64,000 nt of DNA from an uncultured Actinomycetota bacterium (lineage in GTDB: Bacteria; Actinomycetota; Actinomycetes; Propionibacteriales; Propionibacteriaceae): contig CAWIZB010000018.1 in the NCBI GenBank assembly GCA_963840505.1, positions 73,292-137,291 on the forward strand, read 5' to 3'. Position 1 is the first letter of the stretch, and every line of letters starts with the position of its first letter. The position numbers and the translations under genes are program-made. Shown piece after piece: positions 47,339-58,192 of the stretch. Below the pieces are notes generated by a model. The model was given only the letters and a program-made list of their open reading frames with translations, did no database searches and was not told where the DNA came from.

Positions 47339-48334
47339 ATGGGCCAGACTGGGACCGTGCCGGACGAGCCCTTCTGTTACGCGCTCGGCCTGCGCACTCG
47401 CTTCCGCGGCATCAATGAACGGCAGGGGATGGTGTGGCGGGGTGCCGCGGGTTGGGGGGAGTGGAGCCCCTTCCTCGACTATCACGGAGTTGAGCTGGTG
47501 CCGTGGCTGCACGCGGCTGAGGAGGCGGCCGAGCGCGGTTGGCCGACACCGGTGCGCACCGAGATTCCCGTCAACAGCACAGTCCCGGCGGTCGGCCCGG
47601 CGCTGGCTCACGAGATCGCGCGGACTTCAGGCTGCCGCACCGCCAAAGTCAAGGTGGCCGAGCGCGGGCAGACGCTGGCCGACGATACCTCTCGCCTAGA
47701 AGCCGTGCGCGACGCACTGGGCGCGGACGGGAAGATCAGGATCGACGCCAACGGAGGCTGGAGCGTGGATGAGGCGGTGCATGCGATTCGGGAACTGGCT
47801 CGCTTCGATCTGGAGTACGTCGAGCAACCGTGCGCCAGCATCGAGGAGCTGGCCGATCTGCGGCGCCGGCTGCCGCGATCTGGATTGCACGTGGCGATCG
47901 CCGCCGACGAGTCCATTCGGCGCGCTCACGATCCCTATCAGGTGGCGGAGCGCGCGGCCGCGGACATCGCCGTTCTCAAGGTGCAACCGCTCGGCGGGGT
48001 ACGAGCCTGTTTGGAGATTGCCGACCGTATCGGCCTGCCAGTCGTCGTCTCGAGTGCCCTGGAGACCTCGGTAGGAATCAGGGCGGGCCTGGCGCTGGCC
48101 GCTGCGCTGCCTGACCTGCCGTACGCCTGTGGGCTCAACACGGTTGCCTTGCTCGCCGATGACCTGGTCACGGAGCCACTGATCGCGGTGAATGGGGTGA
48201 TCAAGGTGGCTGATCTTGCCGTTGACGAGGCGGCGCTGGACAAGCACCGGCCCGACAACGTGGTGCGGCGGTTCTGGCAGGCTCGTCTCGTGCAGACTCG
48301 GGAACTGGCCCTTCAACAGGCTCAAGGCGCATGA
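47339..48334 (+). CDS. menC: O-succinylbenzoate synthase
   Basis: GWGEWSPF, TAKVKV, IRIDANG, YVEQP, AADES. Confidence 0.93.
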   Translation: MGQTGTVPDEPFCYALGLRTRFRGINERQGMVWRGAAGWGEWSPFLDYHGVELVPWLHAAEEAAERGWPTPVRTEIPVNSTVPAVGPALAHEIARTSGCRTAKVKVAERGQTLADDTSRLEAVRDALGADGKIRIDANGGWSVDEAVHAIRELARFDLEYVEQPCASIEELADLRRRLPRSGLHVAIAADESIRRAHDPYQVAERAAADIAVLKVQPLGGVRACLEIADRIGLPVVVSSALETSVGIRAGLALAAALPDLPYACGLNTVALLADDLVTEPLIAVNGVIKVADLAVDEAALDKHRPDNVVRRFWQARLVQTRELALQQAQGA

Positions 48335-49968
48335 CGGGTAACGCCACCGCATGTGCGCGGGTGATCATCGAGGAGCTGATCAGCCGCGGCGTACGCGATG
48401 TTGTGCTTGCCCCGGGCGCCCGGAATGCGCCGCTTGCATATGAGTGCTTCGAGGCCGACCGCATTGGGCTGCTACGGCTGCACGTACGGGTCGATGAGCG
48501 TACTGCCGGGTTTCTGGGCCTCGGGCTTGCCAAGGCGCACGGCGCACCAGTTGCCGTGCTGACCACCTCGGGCACCGCGTCGGCCAACCTGCATCCAGCG
48601 GTACTCGAGGCCTGGCATGCACATGTGCCGCTGATCGTGATCACCGCAAGCCGACCGCGATCGGTGATCAATGTCGGGGCCAACCAGAGCACTGACCAAG
48701 ATCAGCTCTTCGGCCGGCATGTGCGTGGCTATGCCGGTCTGTCGGACGAGGTCCCTGATCATCGGACCTGGCGTTTCGAGACCGCCCGGATCATGACGGC
48801 AGCCACCGGGTCCAGGACGCGGATGCCCGGCCCGGCGCAGCTGAATGTCGAGTTCAGCGAGCCGTTGATCCCCGCGGAGTTCGCCTGGCCGCCGCCAGCT
48901 CCCGGGCTGGTGATCACCGCCTCGAACACAACCGCGGAACCGATGGTGCTCTCCGACGGAACTCAGACGGTGATCATCGCTGGCGACTGCCAGCCCGACC
49001 TGGGTGGCACGGTCGCTGACCTTGCTGCGCAAGCTGCAGTTCCTCTCTTTGCAGAGCCGTCGAGCAACGCACGGCGTGGCGCGGCAGCGTTGTCCACCTA
49101 TCGGCTGCTGCTCGCCTCGACACTTGCCGGTGAGATTGAGCGTGTCGTGGTCTTCGGTCGGCCGACCCTGTCCCGGTCGATCAGCCGGCTACTGGCCCGC
49201 AACGACGTCGAGCTCGTAGTGGTCTCGGCGTACGCGGACTGGATCGACCCCGGACGTGCTGCGTCCCTGGTGACCGATGCAGTGAAGTTGCCCGAGCCAG
49301 GTGATCGAGGCTGGTTCGATGCCTGGCACGAGGCGGACCTGATCGTACGAGAGCGCCTGGACGACCTGCTGGCGGCGCAGCCGTACTTCACCGGACCGGC
49401 ACTGGCGGCAGCGGTTTGGGTTGCCCTTGGTGCAGACGACGCGCTGTTCGCGGGTTCTTCCAATCCGATCCGCGATCTCGACCTCGCCGCCATCAACTCG
49501 GCGTCTCCGCTGGTCTACGCCAACCGCGGACTATCGGGCATCGACGGGAACGTGTCCACTGCTGCGGGCATTGCGCTCGCCCTGGAGCGCCCGACCCATG
49601 CGCTGCTGGGTGATCTGACCGCGCTGCACGACGCGACCGGACTGGTGATCGGACGGGAAGAGCCGCGCCCGGATCTCAGGCTGGTGGTGGCGAACGACGA
49701 TGGTGGCAGCATCTTCGCCACCTTGGAGCAGGGTGAACCTGCTCACATGGGCGCTTTCGAGCGACTGTTCGGCACGCCTCAAGGTCTGCATTTCGAGGCA
49801 CTGGCGGCGGCCGCCGATATCGGCTACCGGCGCGTGCAGACCGCGGCCGAGCTGGCGGAGGTACTGGCGCAGCCACCCGTTGGGATGGAGCTTGTCGACG
49901 CCGTCATCGACCGTGCCCACCGCCGCACACTGGATCGCGAGATCACTGCGCTCGCATCCACCCTCTGA
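48331..49968 (+). CDS. menD: SEPHCHC synthase
   Basis: VDERTAGF, TTSGTASANLHPA, ANRGLSGIDG, GDLTALHD, NDDGGSIF. Confidence 0.96.
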   Translation: MTGNATACARVIIEELISRGVRDVVLAPGARNAPLAYECFEADRIGLLRLHVRVDERTAGFLGLGLAKAHGAPVAVLTTSGTASANLHPAVLEAWHAHVPLIVITASRPRSVINVGANQSTDQDQLFGRHVRGYAGLSDEVPDHRTWRFETARIMTAATGSRTRMPGPAQLNVEFSEPLIPAEFAWPPPAPGLVITASNTTAEPMVLSDGTQTVIIAGDCQPDLGGTVADLAAQAAVPLFAEPSSNARRGAAALSTYRLLLASTLAGEIERVVVFGRPTLSRSISRLLARNDVELVVVSAYADWIDPGRAASLVTDAVKLPEPGDRGWFDAWHEADLIVRERLDDLLAAQPYFTGPALAAAVWVALGADDALFAGSSNPIRDLDLAAINSASPLVYANRGLSGIDGNVSTAAGIALALERPTHALLGDLTALHDATGLVIGREEPRPDLRLVVANDDGGSIFATLEQGEPAHMGAFERLFGTPQGLHFEALAAAADIGYRRVQTAAELAEVLAQPPVGMELVDAVIDRAHRRTLDREITALASTL

Positions 49969-51715
49969 CCTGACTGGTCGCGATCACGTCGTCCTCGTTG
50001 TATTCAAGTACGCGGCGCTGCGCCCGCGCGCGTACCTCAGCAGTCTCCCCGTGCACGGCCTCGGCGAACCACAGCTGTGAGTTGAGTCCTCCGGGATCAT
50101 CGTCGCGCCAGCGGAACCCCACATGCCGGGCCATCAACTTGAGGCCGAGACCTCTGACACCGAAGTAGTGGGCCTTGACGATCTCCAGTAGATCGACGAA
50201 GTGCTCCTCGGCGTACATCGCTGCCCAATCCAACAACTCGTGCCGCTCGCGGCGCGCCAGCTCGATGATCTTCGCAACCTCGTAGCCGCTGTAGTGGAAG
50301 ACGGCCACCGAGGGGGTGGATTCAACGACGCTGCGCAGCCAGCTGAATGCGTCGACGGCCAGCGCAGCCTCACTCCGGTCATCAAGATCATCGAAGCGGC
50401 TGAACTCGTGATAGTTTGCTCCGATTTCACCGGCGCGCTGGACGAGGAATCCCCACAAGTAGATGCGGCCATCCGCCGAGCTTTCGATATCCAGATCGAT
50501 CTCAAGCTCCGCCTGTGGCATCTCGATCGGACCGGTGGTCTCCCGATCAAAGGTGATGCCTTCGAGCAACATTCTGGCGCGCCGTGCTGCCACCCTGATG
50601 CGGCCTTCAGCGCCGGCGCGGTGAGTGACTTCGGGTAGGTACCACTCCAGTAATTGATCGAGATCGGCATCGGCGAGATCGGTGATGGTGGTGATGCCAT
50701 GCCGGCGCAATGTCGCGATTTCACGCATGTCCAGGGGTGCGGTATCGATGCGCAGGCTGACATCGTCGGGGTCAAGCCGGGGTAGACAGTGCTCCCACCA
50801 CTGGCAGCGCGGGCATTCCTTGTTGACGATAGGGCGGACCAGCAGCTCAGGGTCAGTGTCCGGCCGGCCGGTTTGCCGCTGCGCGACGGCAGCTATCTTG
50901 AGCCGGAACGCGTGTTGGTGGTCATAGCGCTCCAGCAGGCTGCGGAGCCGCCAACCCTCCGGGCTGCTGCGTGAGAATGTTCGCACCTGCGGCTGGCCCA
51001 AATCGGCCCAGGCCAGTACAGGTGCTTCGAACAAGTCATCAGTCCCGATGACGCCGGCGAACGCCTGCGCGGCGCCGAACCCGCAGGCCTGGAGCATGCG
51101 GTGATAGTGAGCCAGCTGAAGAAAGTCGGCTTCCCGGCTCGCGATCCGCAGTCCGTATCCGGAAACACCGACCGCCGCGTTAAGGGTCGGGTCGGTCAAT
51201 CTCGAGTAGCGCAGCATTGGCGGCTCCACGGCATCACCGTCCGGCGGTCGCGGACGCAGCATGATCTTGTGCCACTTCACTTCCACCGGGTGGTAGGTGG
51301 GCGAGCCGTTCGCAGTATCCGCGCCACGGATCAGCAGATCGGGAATGCCGACCCGGTGACCGGAAAGATCAACAGGCAGGCACCCATTGAGGATCACCTG
51401 AGCGCCGGAGGTCATGGCTCGGAGGCACGCCTCGGTCTGCACCTCGCGGGTGCTGGTCGACAGCGGTCGAAGATCAACAACCCGTCCCTGACAAGAGTTG
51501 ATCAGCTGGTCGAGTACGGCGGTTTTGAATTGAGCACCGCCGACAAAGAGCTCGGCGAGCCCATCGTTCACCTCGGCCCCAGCACTATGAGCGGGGGTTT
51601 CGATGGTCACCGTGGGATCAAAGGCGTTCTGGGTCTTGACTGGGCAGCTGCGTGCGGCGTACGCGCCGAGCAAGATCGTCCCTGGCGGAGCGGTGACGGT
51701 CGATGCTTCGATCAT
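49943..51715 (-). CDS. TM0106-family RecB-like nuclease
   Basis: [15 protein letters not shown]; QLAHY; C-terminal RNase H-like DLDIES..YNEDDV. Confidence 0.85.
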   Translation of the reverse strand: MIEASTVTAPPGTILLGAYAARSCPVKTQNAFDPTVTIETPAHSAGAEVNDGLAELFVGGAQFKTAVLDQLINSCQGRVVDLRPLSTSTREVQTEACLRAMTSGAQVILNGCLPVDLSGHRVGIPDLLIRGADTANGSPTYHPVEVKWHKIMLRPRPPDGDAVEPPMLRYSRLTDPTLNAAVGVSGYGLRIASREADFLQLAHYHRMLQACGFGAAQAFAGVIGTDDLFEAPVLAWADLGQPQVRTFSRSSPEGWRLRSLLERYDHQHAFRLKIAAVAQRQTGRPDTDPELLVRPIVNKECPRCQWWEHCLPRLDPDDVSLRIDTAPLDMREIATLRRHGITTITDLADADLDQLLEWYLPEVTHRAGAEGRIRVAARRARMLLEGITFDRETTGPIEMPQAELEIDLDIESSADGRIYLWGFLVQRAGEIGANYHEFSRFDDLDDRSEAALAVDAFSWLRSVVESTPSVAVFHYSGYEVAKIIELARRERHELLDWAAMYAEEHFVDLLEIVKAHYFGVRGLGLKLMARHVGFRWRDDDPGGLNSQLWFAEAVHGETAEVRARAQRRVLEYNEDDVIATSQVRGWMRAQ

Positions 51716-52425
51716 GCTCGGGCTCGATGCAGAGCGACGATGCCGCCGGACAGATTCTGCCACTCAACATCTCGCCAGCCGGACATCTCGATCATGGTCG
51801 CCAATCCCGGCTGGTCGGGCCAGGCCTGAATTGACTCGGCCAGGTACTCATACGCTGCAGGGCTGGAGGAAACCAGCGATGCGATCCGGGGCAGTGCGGC
51901 TATCAGATAGTTGGAGTAAAGGGTGCGGAACGGGCGCCACGTAGGCGTGGAGAACTCGCACACCACGAGCGTGCCGCCCTGTTTGATCACCCGCCGCATC
52001 TCGGTGAGGGCAGCTGAGGTGTCCTCGACGTTGCGGAGCCCGAAGGAGATGGTGACCGCGTCGAAGCTGGCGTCGGCATACGGCAGCTGAAGTGCGTCGG
52101 CGGCGACGAAGCTCAGACCAGGCCGGCGTTGCTTGCCAACCAGCAGCATGCCGAAGGAGAGATCGGTCGCAACGACAGTTGATCCGGCCTCCGCGATCGG
52201 ATCACTTGAAGTGCCCGTGCCCGCCGCCAGATCCAAGATCAGCTGCCCGGGTCGCGGCGCAACAGCTTCCGCCACCCGTTTCCGCCAGGCTCGATCCTGA
52301 CCGAGCGAGAGGACATCATTCGCCAGGTCGTAGCGCTCAGCCACCCGGTCGAACATCGCGGCGATGTCACCGCGCCTCTTGTCGAGCGTGGCGCGATCCA
52401 AACCGGCAGAGTCAGCGTCAGGCAC
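51712..52425 (-). CDS. menG: Demethylmenaquinone methyltransferase
   Basis: [39 protein letters not shown]. Confidence 0.95.
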   Translation of the reverse strand: MPDADSAGLDRATLDKRRGDIAAMFDRVAERYDLANDVLSLGQDRAWRKRVAEAVAPRPGQLILDLAAGTGTSSDPIAEAGSTVVATDLSFGMLLVGKQRRPGLSFVAADALQLPYADASFDAVTISFGLRNVEDTSAALTEMRRVIKQGGTLVVCEFSTPTWRPFRTLYSNYLIAALPRIASLVSSSPAAYEYLAESIQAWPDQPGLATMIEMSGWRDVEWQNLSGGIVALHRARA

Positions 52426-52464
52426 ACCGAAAGCCTCCCACGCCCCACCGACAGCCGACGCTCT

Positions 52465-53296
52465 TCAGCTCGACAGTTCGGTGACCGCCTGGATGGCTGA
52501 CGGTGTCGGCTGCGGCGCTCCGCCGGCCGCTTCCACGCTGACAGCCAGGCCCGTGACTCCACTGAGGGTCTCGCGGAAGAACTCTTGGCGATCCCCGCCG
52601 CCGGCCACGAGATTGTCCGGGATAGCGCGTCTCGCCCTCGAGCGTCCACAACTGATATGTCTGGTCGGCGCCGACGGTTGGCAGGTCCTTGCCGATGAAC
52701 ATCGCGCGATCGAGGCTTCTCGACACCACAAAGGAGATCTGGCCGCCGTCCTTCATGGTGGCGGAGTACGTCTGCACGTCGGGGGCCGTGAGCAGTTCAG
52801 TCTCTGCCGCCTGCTGGGCCGCCTGCTGGGCCGCCTGCTGAGCCACCTGTGCCTGCTGTGTCTGCTGTGTCTGGACCAGCGTGTAGACCACACCACCCAG
52901 CGCCACCGCAGCAGCAAAGACTGCGGCCACGAGAACGCTGAGGACTCGGGTACGCCGTTGTTGCCGACGTAGCGCCAGCTCATCGATCGCGTGCCTGATG
53001 TCGGCTGTAACAGTCTGGGTCCCGTTCCCGGTCGGCTCCGCCTGTGCAGTCTCGGCTGGAGGCTCCGGGGGCAATGGCCTGACCTCGGAGATGGCAGAGA
53101 GGATCGATCCACGCAAGGCCGCAGGTGGCGGAGGCACACTCGCCAGCAGCGACAACTCAGCGGCGGTCTCACTGAACTCCACAACCTCTCGGCTGCAGGT
53201 TGGGCACACCGCCAGATGCGCCTCGAACTCCTCCAGCTCATCGGGGTCCAGTGCATTGACCACATAAGCCCCGACGGCGCCGTGGATTTCGCTCAT
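52465..53296 (-). CDS. rskA: Anti-sigma-K factor, frameshift at ~52630
   Basis: ZAS-type EFEAHLAVCPTC, one TM, DQTYQLW; C-terminus LAVSVEAAGGAPQPT lies in another frame. Confidence 0.85.
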
Positions 53297-53928
53297 GCTT
53301 CCACCCCCAACGCATCTCGGAGCCCGATCAGCCCATCACGGATTCTGGTCTTGACTGTGCCAAGCGGCAGGTGCAACAACTGCGCAACTTGGCTCTGGGT
53401 ATAGCCACCAAAATAGGCGAGCGTCAGCGCCTCCCGCTGAATCGCGGTCAACGAGGCCATCCCCTTCCGCACTCTCTCAACATCAAGTCGTTGCGCCACT
53501 CCATCCCACACCTGGTCGATCTCGCGCTCGCCGCCATGGAGGGCATACCGCTCATCCCGAGCCACTTCGCTGGACACTGACCTCACCCGATCTACCGCCC
53601 GCCGATGCGCCATGGTGGTCATCCAGGCAATGACGCTGCCCCTGTCCGATGAGTAGCGGGCCGACTGCCGCCACACCTCCACGTAGACCTCCTGGGTCAC
53701 CTCAGCAGCATGGTCCGGCGAGCGGAGAACTCGCAAGATAATCCCGTGGATGCGCTGCGAAGTGAGGTCGTACAACTCAGCAAAGGCATCTTCATGACCA
53801 CGGGAAGAGAGCGTCATCAGTTCGACAAGATGCGCCGCTTCGGCCTCGCGACCAGAAGACGCGTCGCGATGCCGAGCGGACCGGGAGGACTGGCCTTCCG
53901 CGTCGGGTGGCACCGACGAGACGTTCAC
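53293..53928 (-). CDS. sigK: ECF sigma factor SigK
   Basis: AFAELYDLT, AEVTQEVYVEVWR, MAHRRAVDRVRS, PLGTVKTRIRDGLIGLRD. Confidence 0.92.
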   Translation of the reverse strand: MNVSSVPPDAEGQSSRSARHRDASSGREAEAAHLVELMTLSSRGHEDAFAELYDLTSQRIHGIILRVLRSPDHAAEVTQEVYVEVWRQSARYSSDRGSVIAWMTTMAHRRAVDRVRSVSSEVARDERYALHGGEREIDQVWDGVAQRLDVERVRKGMASLTAIQREALTLAYFGGYTQSQVAQLLHLPLGTVKTRIRDGLIGLRDALGVEA

Positions 53929-53961
53929 AAGATCGACGCTCTCACGACCGATGGTGCTTGC

Positions 53962-54012
53962 TCAGAATGTCCGCAGCAACACGCTGGCGATGCTGGAGAT
54001 CGCGGTCATCAT
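53962..54012 (-). CDS. Putative 16-aa ORF MMTAISSIASVLLRTF upstream of sigK
   Basis: GAGGGG RBS 8 nt upstream; lies between a SigK-type promoter and sigK. Confidence 0.35.
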   Translation of the reverse strand: MMTAISSIASVLLRTF

Positions 54013-54072
54013 CAGTGGTTCCCCTCAGGTGTCGTGTTTTGGGCGAGTCAGGCCATCGCCTGTCTCACCTGG

Positions 54073-54101
54073 ATTCGTTGCCGCGGCTACTTTGGGATTG
54101 G
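54073..54101 (-). promoter_or_regulatory. SigK-type promoter CCAATCC-N16-ACGAAT
   Basis: Resembles the mycobacterial SigK consensus (CCATCC..CGAA) and points at sigK-rskA. Confidence 0.5.
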
Positions 54102-54233
54102 TGACCGAAAGAACCTGTTGCTGGCTGGTGCGCCCCCGGTCTCTCATGCTCTGAGCCTCGGCGCCGCTGAGCGTGGAACCGCTTACGAGAGATTCGTCCG
54201 GATCTCTTGCCGGGAAGGGGCAGAATCGCCTCC

Positions 54234-54878
54234 ATGGCCAAACGCACGACGATCCTCAAGGTGTCCGGCCTGCGCCGGGCATTCGGGCCGAACACCATCT
54301 TCGACAAGTTCAGTCTCGAGGTGCGTGCCGGAGAGGCGATTGCGCTCACGGGGCGCAACGGCGCCGGCAAATCCACCCTGCTGCGCTGCCTGGTTGGCGC
54401 CGACCGGCCAGACGATGGCAACGTGCAGGTTTGCGGCAACGCCATGTCGGAGGCCTCACCGGAGATCAGGCGCGACGTTGCCACAGTGATCGATGATCTT
54501 GACTTCTTTCCTGACCTGAGCGTGGTCGAGCATCTGGATCTGCTTGCCCGAGCGCACGGCATCGCTGACCCGGACGACGTGGTCGATGAGGTGCTGGAGG
54601 AGGTCCAACTGGTTCCGCAGTCCGGGCAGTTGCCCGGCACCTTGTCCTCGGGGCAGCGGCGCCGGCTGGCTCTGGCCACGGCGTTCGTACGTCCACGCAA
54701 GTTGTTGATCTTGGATGAGCCGGAACAGCGGCTGGACACCGAGGGTGTGACCTGGCTGGCACAACGGCTGAAGTCCGAGCGGCAGAAGGGTTTGGCGATC
54801 GTCTTCGCAAGCCACGAGCCGGAGCTGGTCGACACTGTTGCGACGCGGGTGATTGAGCTCGGAGCGCCGCGCGGATGA
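54234..54878 (+). CDS. ABC transporter ATP-binding protein
   Basis: GRNGAGKST, LSSGQ, ILDEP, SH. Confidence 0.95.
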   Translation: MAKRTTILKVSGLRRAFGPNTIFDKFSLEVRAGEAIALTGRNGAGKSTLLRCLVGADRPDDGNVQVCGNAMSEASPEIRRDVATVIDDLDFFPDLSVVEHLDLLARAHGIADPDDVVDEVLEEVQLVPQSGQLPGTLSSGQRRRLALATAFVRPRKLLILDEPEQRLDTEGVTWLAQRLKSERQKGLAIVFASHEPELVDTVATRVIELGAPRG

Positions 54879-56530
54879 GCAGCCTGGAAGCGGGTGCCGA
54901 TGATTTCGCGTATCACGAAACCTCCGAGCCCAAATCGCTGACCCCGGCCAGCCCTCGCGAGCTGAAGGGGCTGATCAAGGACTGGCGTGCCGGTCGGGCG
55001 ACCCGCAACGTGCTTCAGGCGATGAGTGACGCCTACGTTGCCGTGTTTGCTGCGGTGATGCTCGGCGCCATGGTCGTCAATGTGATCTTGAAGGCGCAGC
55101 GGACGGTCGCGCAGTGCACCAGTGAGTCCTGTCTGTCGGCCAGGACCCTCCTGCCGTGGGCTGCGTTCGCGGCCGTCGTGGCGATCGCATTGGCGGCCAG
55201 CCGGCTGTTCGGGCCGGTCCTGGCGTCGGCAGCCGAAGGGTTCTGGTTGCTCGACGCGCCGATATCACGATCACAACTGCTCCGCTCCCGCCTGGTCGGA
55301 GGCGTGCTGGCGGCATTCCTGGGTGGCGCTGCGGTTGGTGGGTTGGTCTCAGCCCTGACCGGGTCGGGAACGGTCGAGGTTGTGGTGTGGGCGGCAGCCA
55401 CGGCTCTTTCGGCTGCGGCATCGGTCGCCTTCGCTGCCGCACAGCAGGGTGTCGAGCGGCACGTGTTGACGCGCGCGGCGACATACGTCTTCGGGTTGCT
55501 GGGCATCGGTGCGCTCTTCAGCGTTGTTGGCGTGGCGGCCGGGTGGTTCAGCCTGGGTATCTCGGACAATCTCGGCACCGAGCTCGGTGCGATCATGATC
55601 GCGGCCTCAGGTCTGGTGCTGGCGGTGAGTGGGGTACTGGCCGCTCTCCGGCTGGGTCAGATTCGCAGGGCCAGGCTGCTCAGCGGCGGGGCACTGGTGA
55701 CCGGCATATCCGGCGCGTTCTTCGCGCTTGATATCGGACTGGCCCGCGACATCGTTGTCGAGCGGCGTGCCATTGAGCGCGGCCATGTCCACCCCAGACG
55801 GGGCAAGGGATTGGGCCTTGAGGCGCTCATCTGGCGGGAATGGCAGCGGCTCTGGCGGTTCCCGCAGCCCTTGCTCGTGCTGGCCGGCACGATCGTCGTT
55901 CCGTACGCCGCCGACGCGCTGGGCATGAGCACGCTCACTCCCGTCTTTGCTGCACTCGCCCTCTTCGGTGCAACGATCCCGCTGCTGGGCGGGCTCCGGG
56001 TGCTGACACGTACCGGTGGGTTGGCTCGTTGCCTGCCCTTCTCACTCGCCCGAATCAAACTGGCATCGATCGCCGTGCCTGCGATTTTGGCAGGAGTCTG
56101 GGCGGCGGCGACGACCCCGGCCTATCTGGGCTTCGGCGACGGCGCCGCGCAGCGGACGGTGCCCGACGCATCCATCGTTGCCATCGCGACGGCGGCTGCC
56201 GGGCTGCTGGCGGCGGTCCGCTGGACCCAGGCGAAAGGCGTGGACTTCGGGGCGCCCATGGTCGCGAGCCAAGCGGGTGCGTTCCCTCCGGGTCTGGTGA
56301 CCAACTTGTTCCGCGGTTTCGACGTCTGCCTGCTGACCACAGCACCTTTGTTGCTGGGCTTGTCGCCGTTCTGGTCGCTGCTCATCGCGCTCATCGCGGC
56401 CATGATTCTGCTCAACTCCATGGATGCTGAAGCCCTGCGGGCTCGCCAGGCCGAGCAACAGAAGCAGCTGGCAGCGCAAAAGAGGCAGCGCGACGAGGCG
56501 TCCGCGGCAACAAAGCAGCGCAAGCGGTAG
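54875..56530 (+). CDS. Polytopic membrane protein (DUF6297-like ABC permease)
   Basis: 12 or more TM segments, coupled to the ABC ATPase. Confidence 0.75.
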   Translation: MSSLEAGADDFAYHETSEPKSLTPASPRELKGLIKDWRAGRATRNVLQAMSDAYVAVFAAVMLGAMVVNVILKAQRTVAQCTSESCLSARTLLPWAAFAAVVAIALAASRLFGPVLASAAEGFWLLDAPISRSQLLRSRLVGGVLAAFLGGAAVGGLVSALTGSGTVEVVVWAAATALSAAASVAFAAAQQGVERHVLTRAATYVFGLLGIGALFSVVGVAAGWFSLGISDNLGTELGAIMIAASGLVLAVSGVLAALRLGQIRRARLLSGGALVTGISGAFFALDIGLARDIVVERRAIERGHVHPRRGKGLGLEALIWREWQRLWRFPQPLLVLAGTIVVPYAADALGMSTLTPVFAALALFGATIPLLGGLRVLTRTGGLARCLPFSLARIKLASIAVPAILAGVWAAATTPAYLGFGDGAAQRTVPDASIVAIATAAAGLLAAVRWTQAKGVDFGAPMVASQAGAFPPGLVTNLFRGFDVCLLTTAPLLLGLSPFWSLLIALIAAMILLNSMDAEALRARQAEQQKQLAAQKRQRDEASAATKQRKR

Positions 56531-56587
56531 CCCACCTCAGGTCAGCTGCGGCGTTCTTCTCACAAAGCCGCCGGTCTGCCAGCGCGA

Positions 56588-56605
56588 TTGTGAAAGCAAT
56601 CACAA
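56588..56605. promoter_or_regulatory. Rex-like (or CRP-like) box TTGTGAA-AGCA-ATCACAA upstream of menF
   Basis: One mismatch to the Rex consensus TTGTGAA-N4-TTCACAA; also fits TGTGA-N6-TCACA. Confidence 0.6.
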
Positions 56606-56665
56606 ATTGCGAGTTTGGATGCAGGCAGATTGGTGAGCTGCCGGCCCACAGCTACGCTGTGCCCC

Positions 56666-57916
56666 GTGACCTCGTCGGCTTCCGGCCCGCCGCGGCTGCA
56701 CGTGCGGACCCATGCGATCGAGGATCCGGGCTCATTGCTGGCCCTTCTTCCGCCGAAGGACTGCTACGTCTGGTTGCGCCATCGCGATGGCCTCGTGGGC
56801 TGGGGAGAAGTGGTTCGGCTCAAGCCCACCAGCATCGCGGAGGCGGCCGAGTGGTGGTCAGACCTCGCCGCTCAGGTTGAGGTCATCGCCGAGTTGGACC
56901 GCCCAACCGCGGGGGCGGGTCTGATGGCGTACGGCAGCTTCTTGTTCGACCCGGCGAACTCAGCCGGGCGGTCGAGCCTCATCGTGCCGCAGACCGTCGT
57001 CGGACGGCGCCATGGTCAGGCCTGGATTACCGAGATCGGATCGGCGTCCGGGAATGAAGTTGAATCCGGCGGGCCAACCCCCGCCGAACGGCCGCGCAAC
57101 GTCACTTTTGGGGATGGCGGGCTGAGTGGACCGGAGTGGGAGGCCGCAGTTGCCGAGGCGGTACGCCGCATCGGTGATGGCGAGCTGGAGAAGGTGGTGC
57201 TTGCCCGCGACCTGTTGGCCTTTGCTGAGAACGACATCGACTTGCGGTGGATCGCCGGACGTCTCGCGGAGAACTACGCCCAGTGCTGGACATACTCGGT
57301 TGACGGTCTGGTTGGAGCTACCCCCGAGATGCTGGTGAAGCGCGAAGCAGGTCTGGCCACCTCCCGAGTTTTGGCCGGCACTATCCGCCGTTCCGGAGAT
57401 GATGATCATGATCTCAACCTCGCGGCGGCGCTGGCTCAGTCGAGCAAGGACCTGGAGGAGCACGAGTACGCCGTGCGCTCCGTGGCCCGGGCACTCCGGC
57501 CCTTCTGCTCGGGCATGAACGTGCCCGATGCGCCCTATGTGCTGCAGCTGCCCAATGTGTTGCACCTAGCGACTGACATCACCGGGGTCGCCGACAAGGG
57601 GGTGGCTTCTCTGGCCCTTGCCGCGGCACTGCATCCGACTGCCGCGGTGTGCGGGACGCCCACCGACAGCGCGCGATCGCTGATCGCCGAGCTGGAGCAT
57701 CTCGATCGTGAACGCTATGCCGGACCCGTCGGCTGGATTGATGCCAATGGCGACGGGGAATGGGCGATCGCCTTGCGCTGCGGCCACCTCAGCGAGACCG
57801 ACCCACGCCAGATCAAGCTCTTCGCCGGCTGCGGAATCGTGGCGGGATCTGACCCCGCTGCGGAGCTGGCCGAATCGAACGCCAAGCTGATTCCTATGCG
57901 GGACTCGCTCGGCTGA
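56666..57916 (+). CDS. menF: Isochorismate synthase
   Basis: KVVLARD, GATPE, LAGT, EHEYAV, LHPTAAVCG, YAGPVGW, FAGCGIV. Confidence 0.92.
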   Translation: MTSSASGPPRLHVRTHAIEDPGSLLALLPPKDCYVWLRHRDGLVGWGEVVRLKPTSIAEAAEWWSDLAAQVEVIAELDRPTAGAGLMAYGSFLFDPANSAGRSSLIVPQTVVGRRHGQAWITEIGSASGNEVESGGPTPAERPRNVTFGDGGLSGPEWEAAVAEAVRRIGDGELEKVVLARDLLAFAENDIDLRWIAGRLAENYAQCWTYSVDGLVGATPEMLVKREAGLATSRVLAGTIRRSGDDDHDLNLAAALAQSSKDLEEHEYAVRSVARALRPFCSGMNVPDAPYVLQLPNVLHLATDITGVADKGVASLALAAALHPTAAVCGTPTDSARSLIAELEHLDRERYAGPVGWIDANGDGEWAIALRCGHLSETDPRQIKLFAGCGIVAGSDPAAELAESNAKLIPMRDSLG

Positions 57917-58192
57917 TAGGGACTCTGGCGCGCGAGCAGGCAGCCACAAGTCTGGCGTTATCGGACCGTGACAGACGCTATTTGCGACGGGTCTAGTCAC
58001 AAGTTCGTATCGCCCCCGCGTGTCGGTCCCAGGTGTCGCGATGACCTTGAGTTTTCTTCAGATTGGGTGCAGCCGAGCGTGTTAGCGTGCCGCTGCCTGC
58101 GGCGTTAGCTGGGGCCAGCCAGGCGGGGAGACCGGGAGGCTGGCATCGCGAGTCGGGTCTTTCCATCACTGAATTCGGGGGTTCGGATCTAC

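Noticed and set aside
49943-51715. TM0106 nuclease as a Cas4 or defence gene
   Set aside because: No CRISPR or defence context. It sits in a housekeeping men cluster.
58020-58190. Riboswitch upstream of the PLD-like gene
   Set aside because: One GC hairpin (GCCAGCC..GGCTGGC) but no recognisable aptamer motifs.
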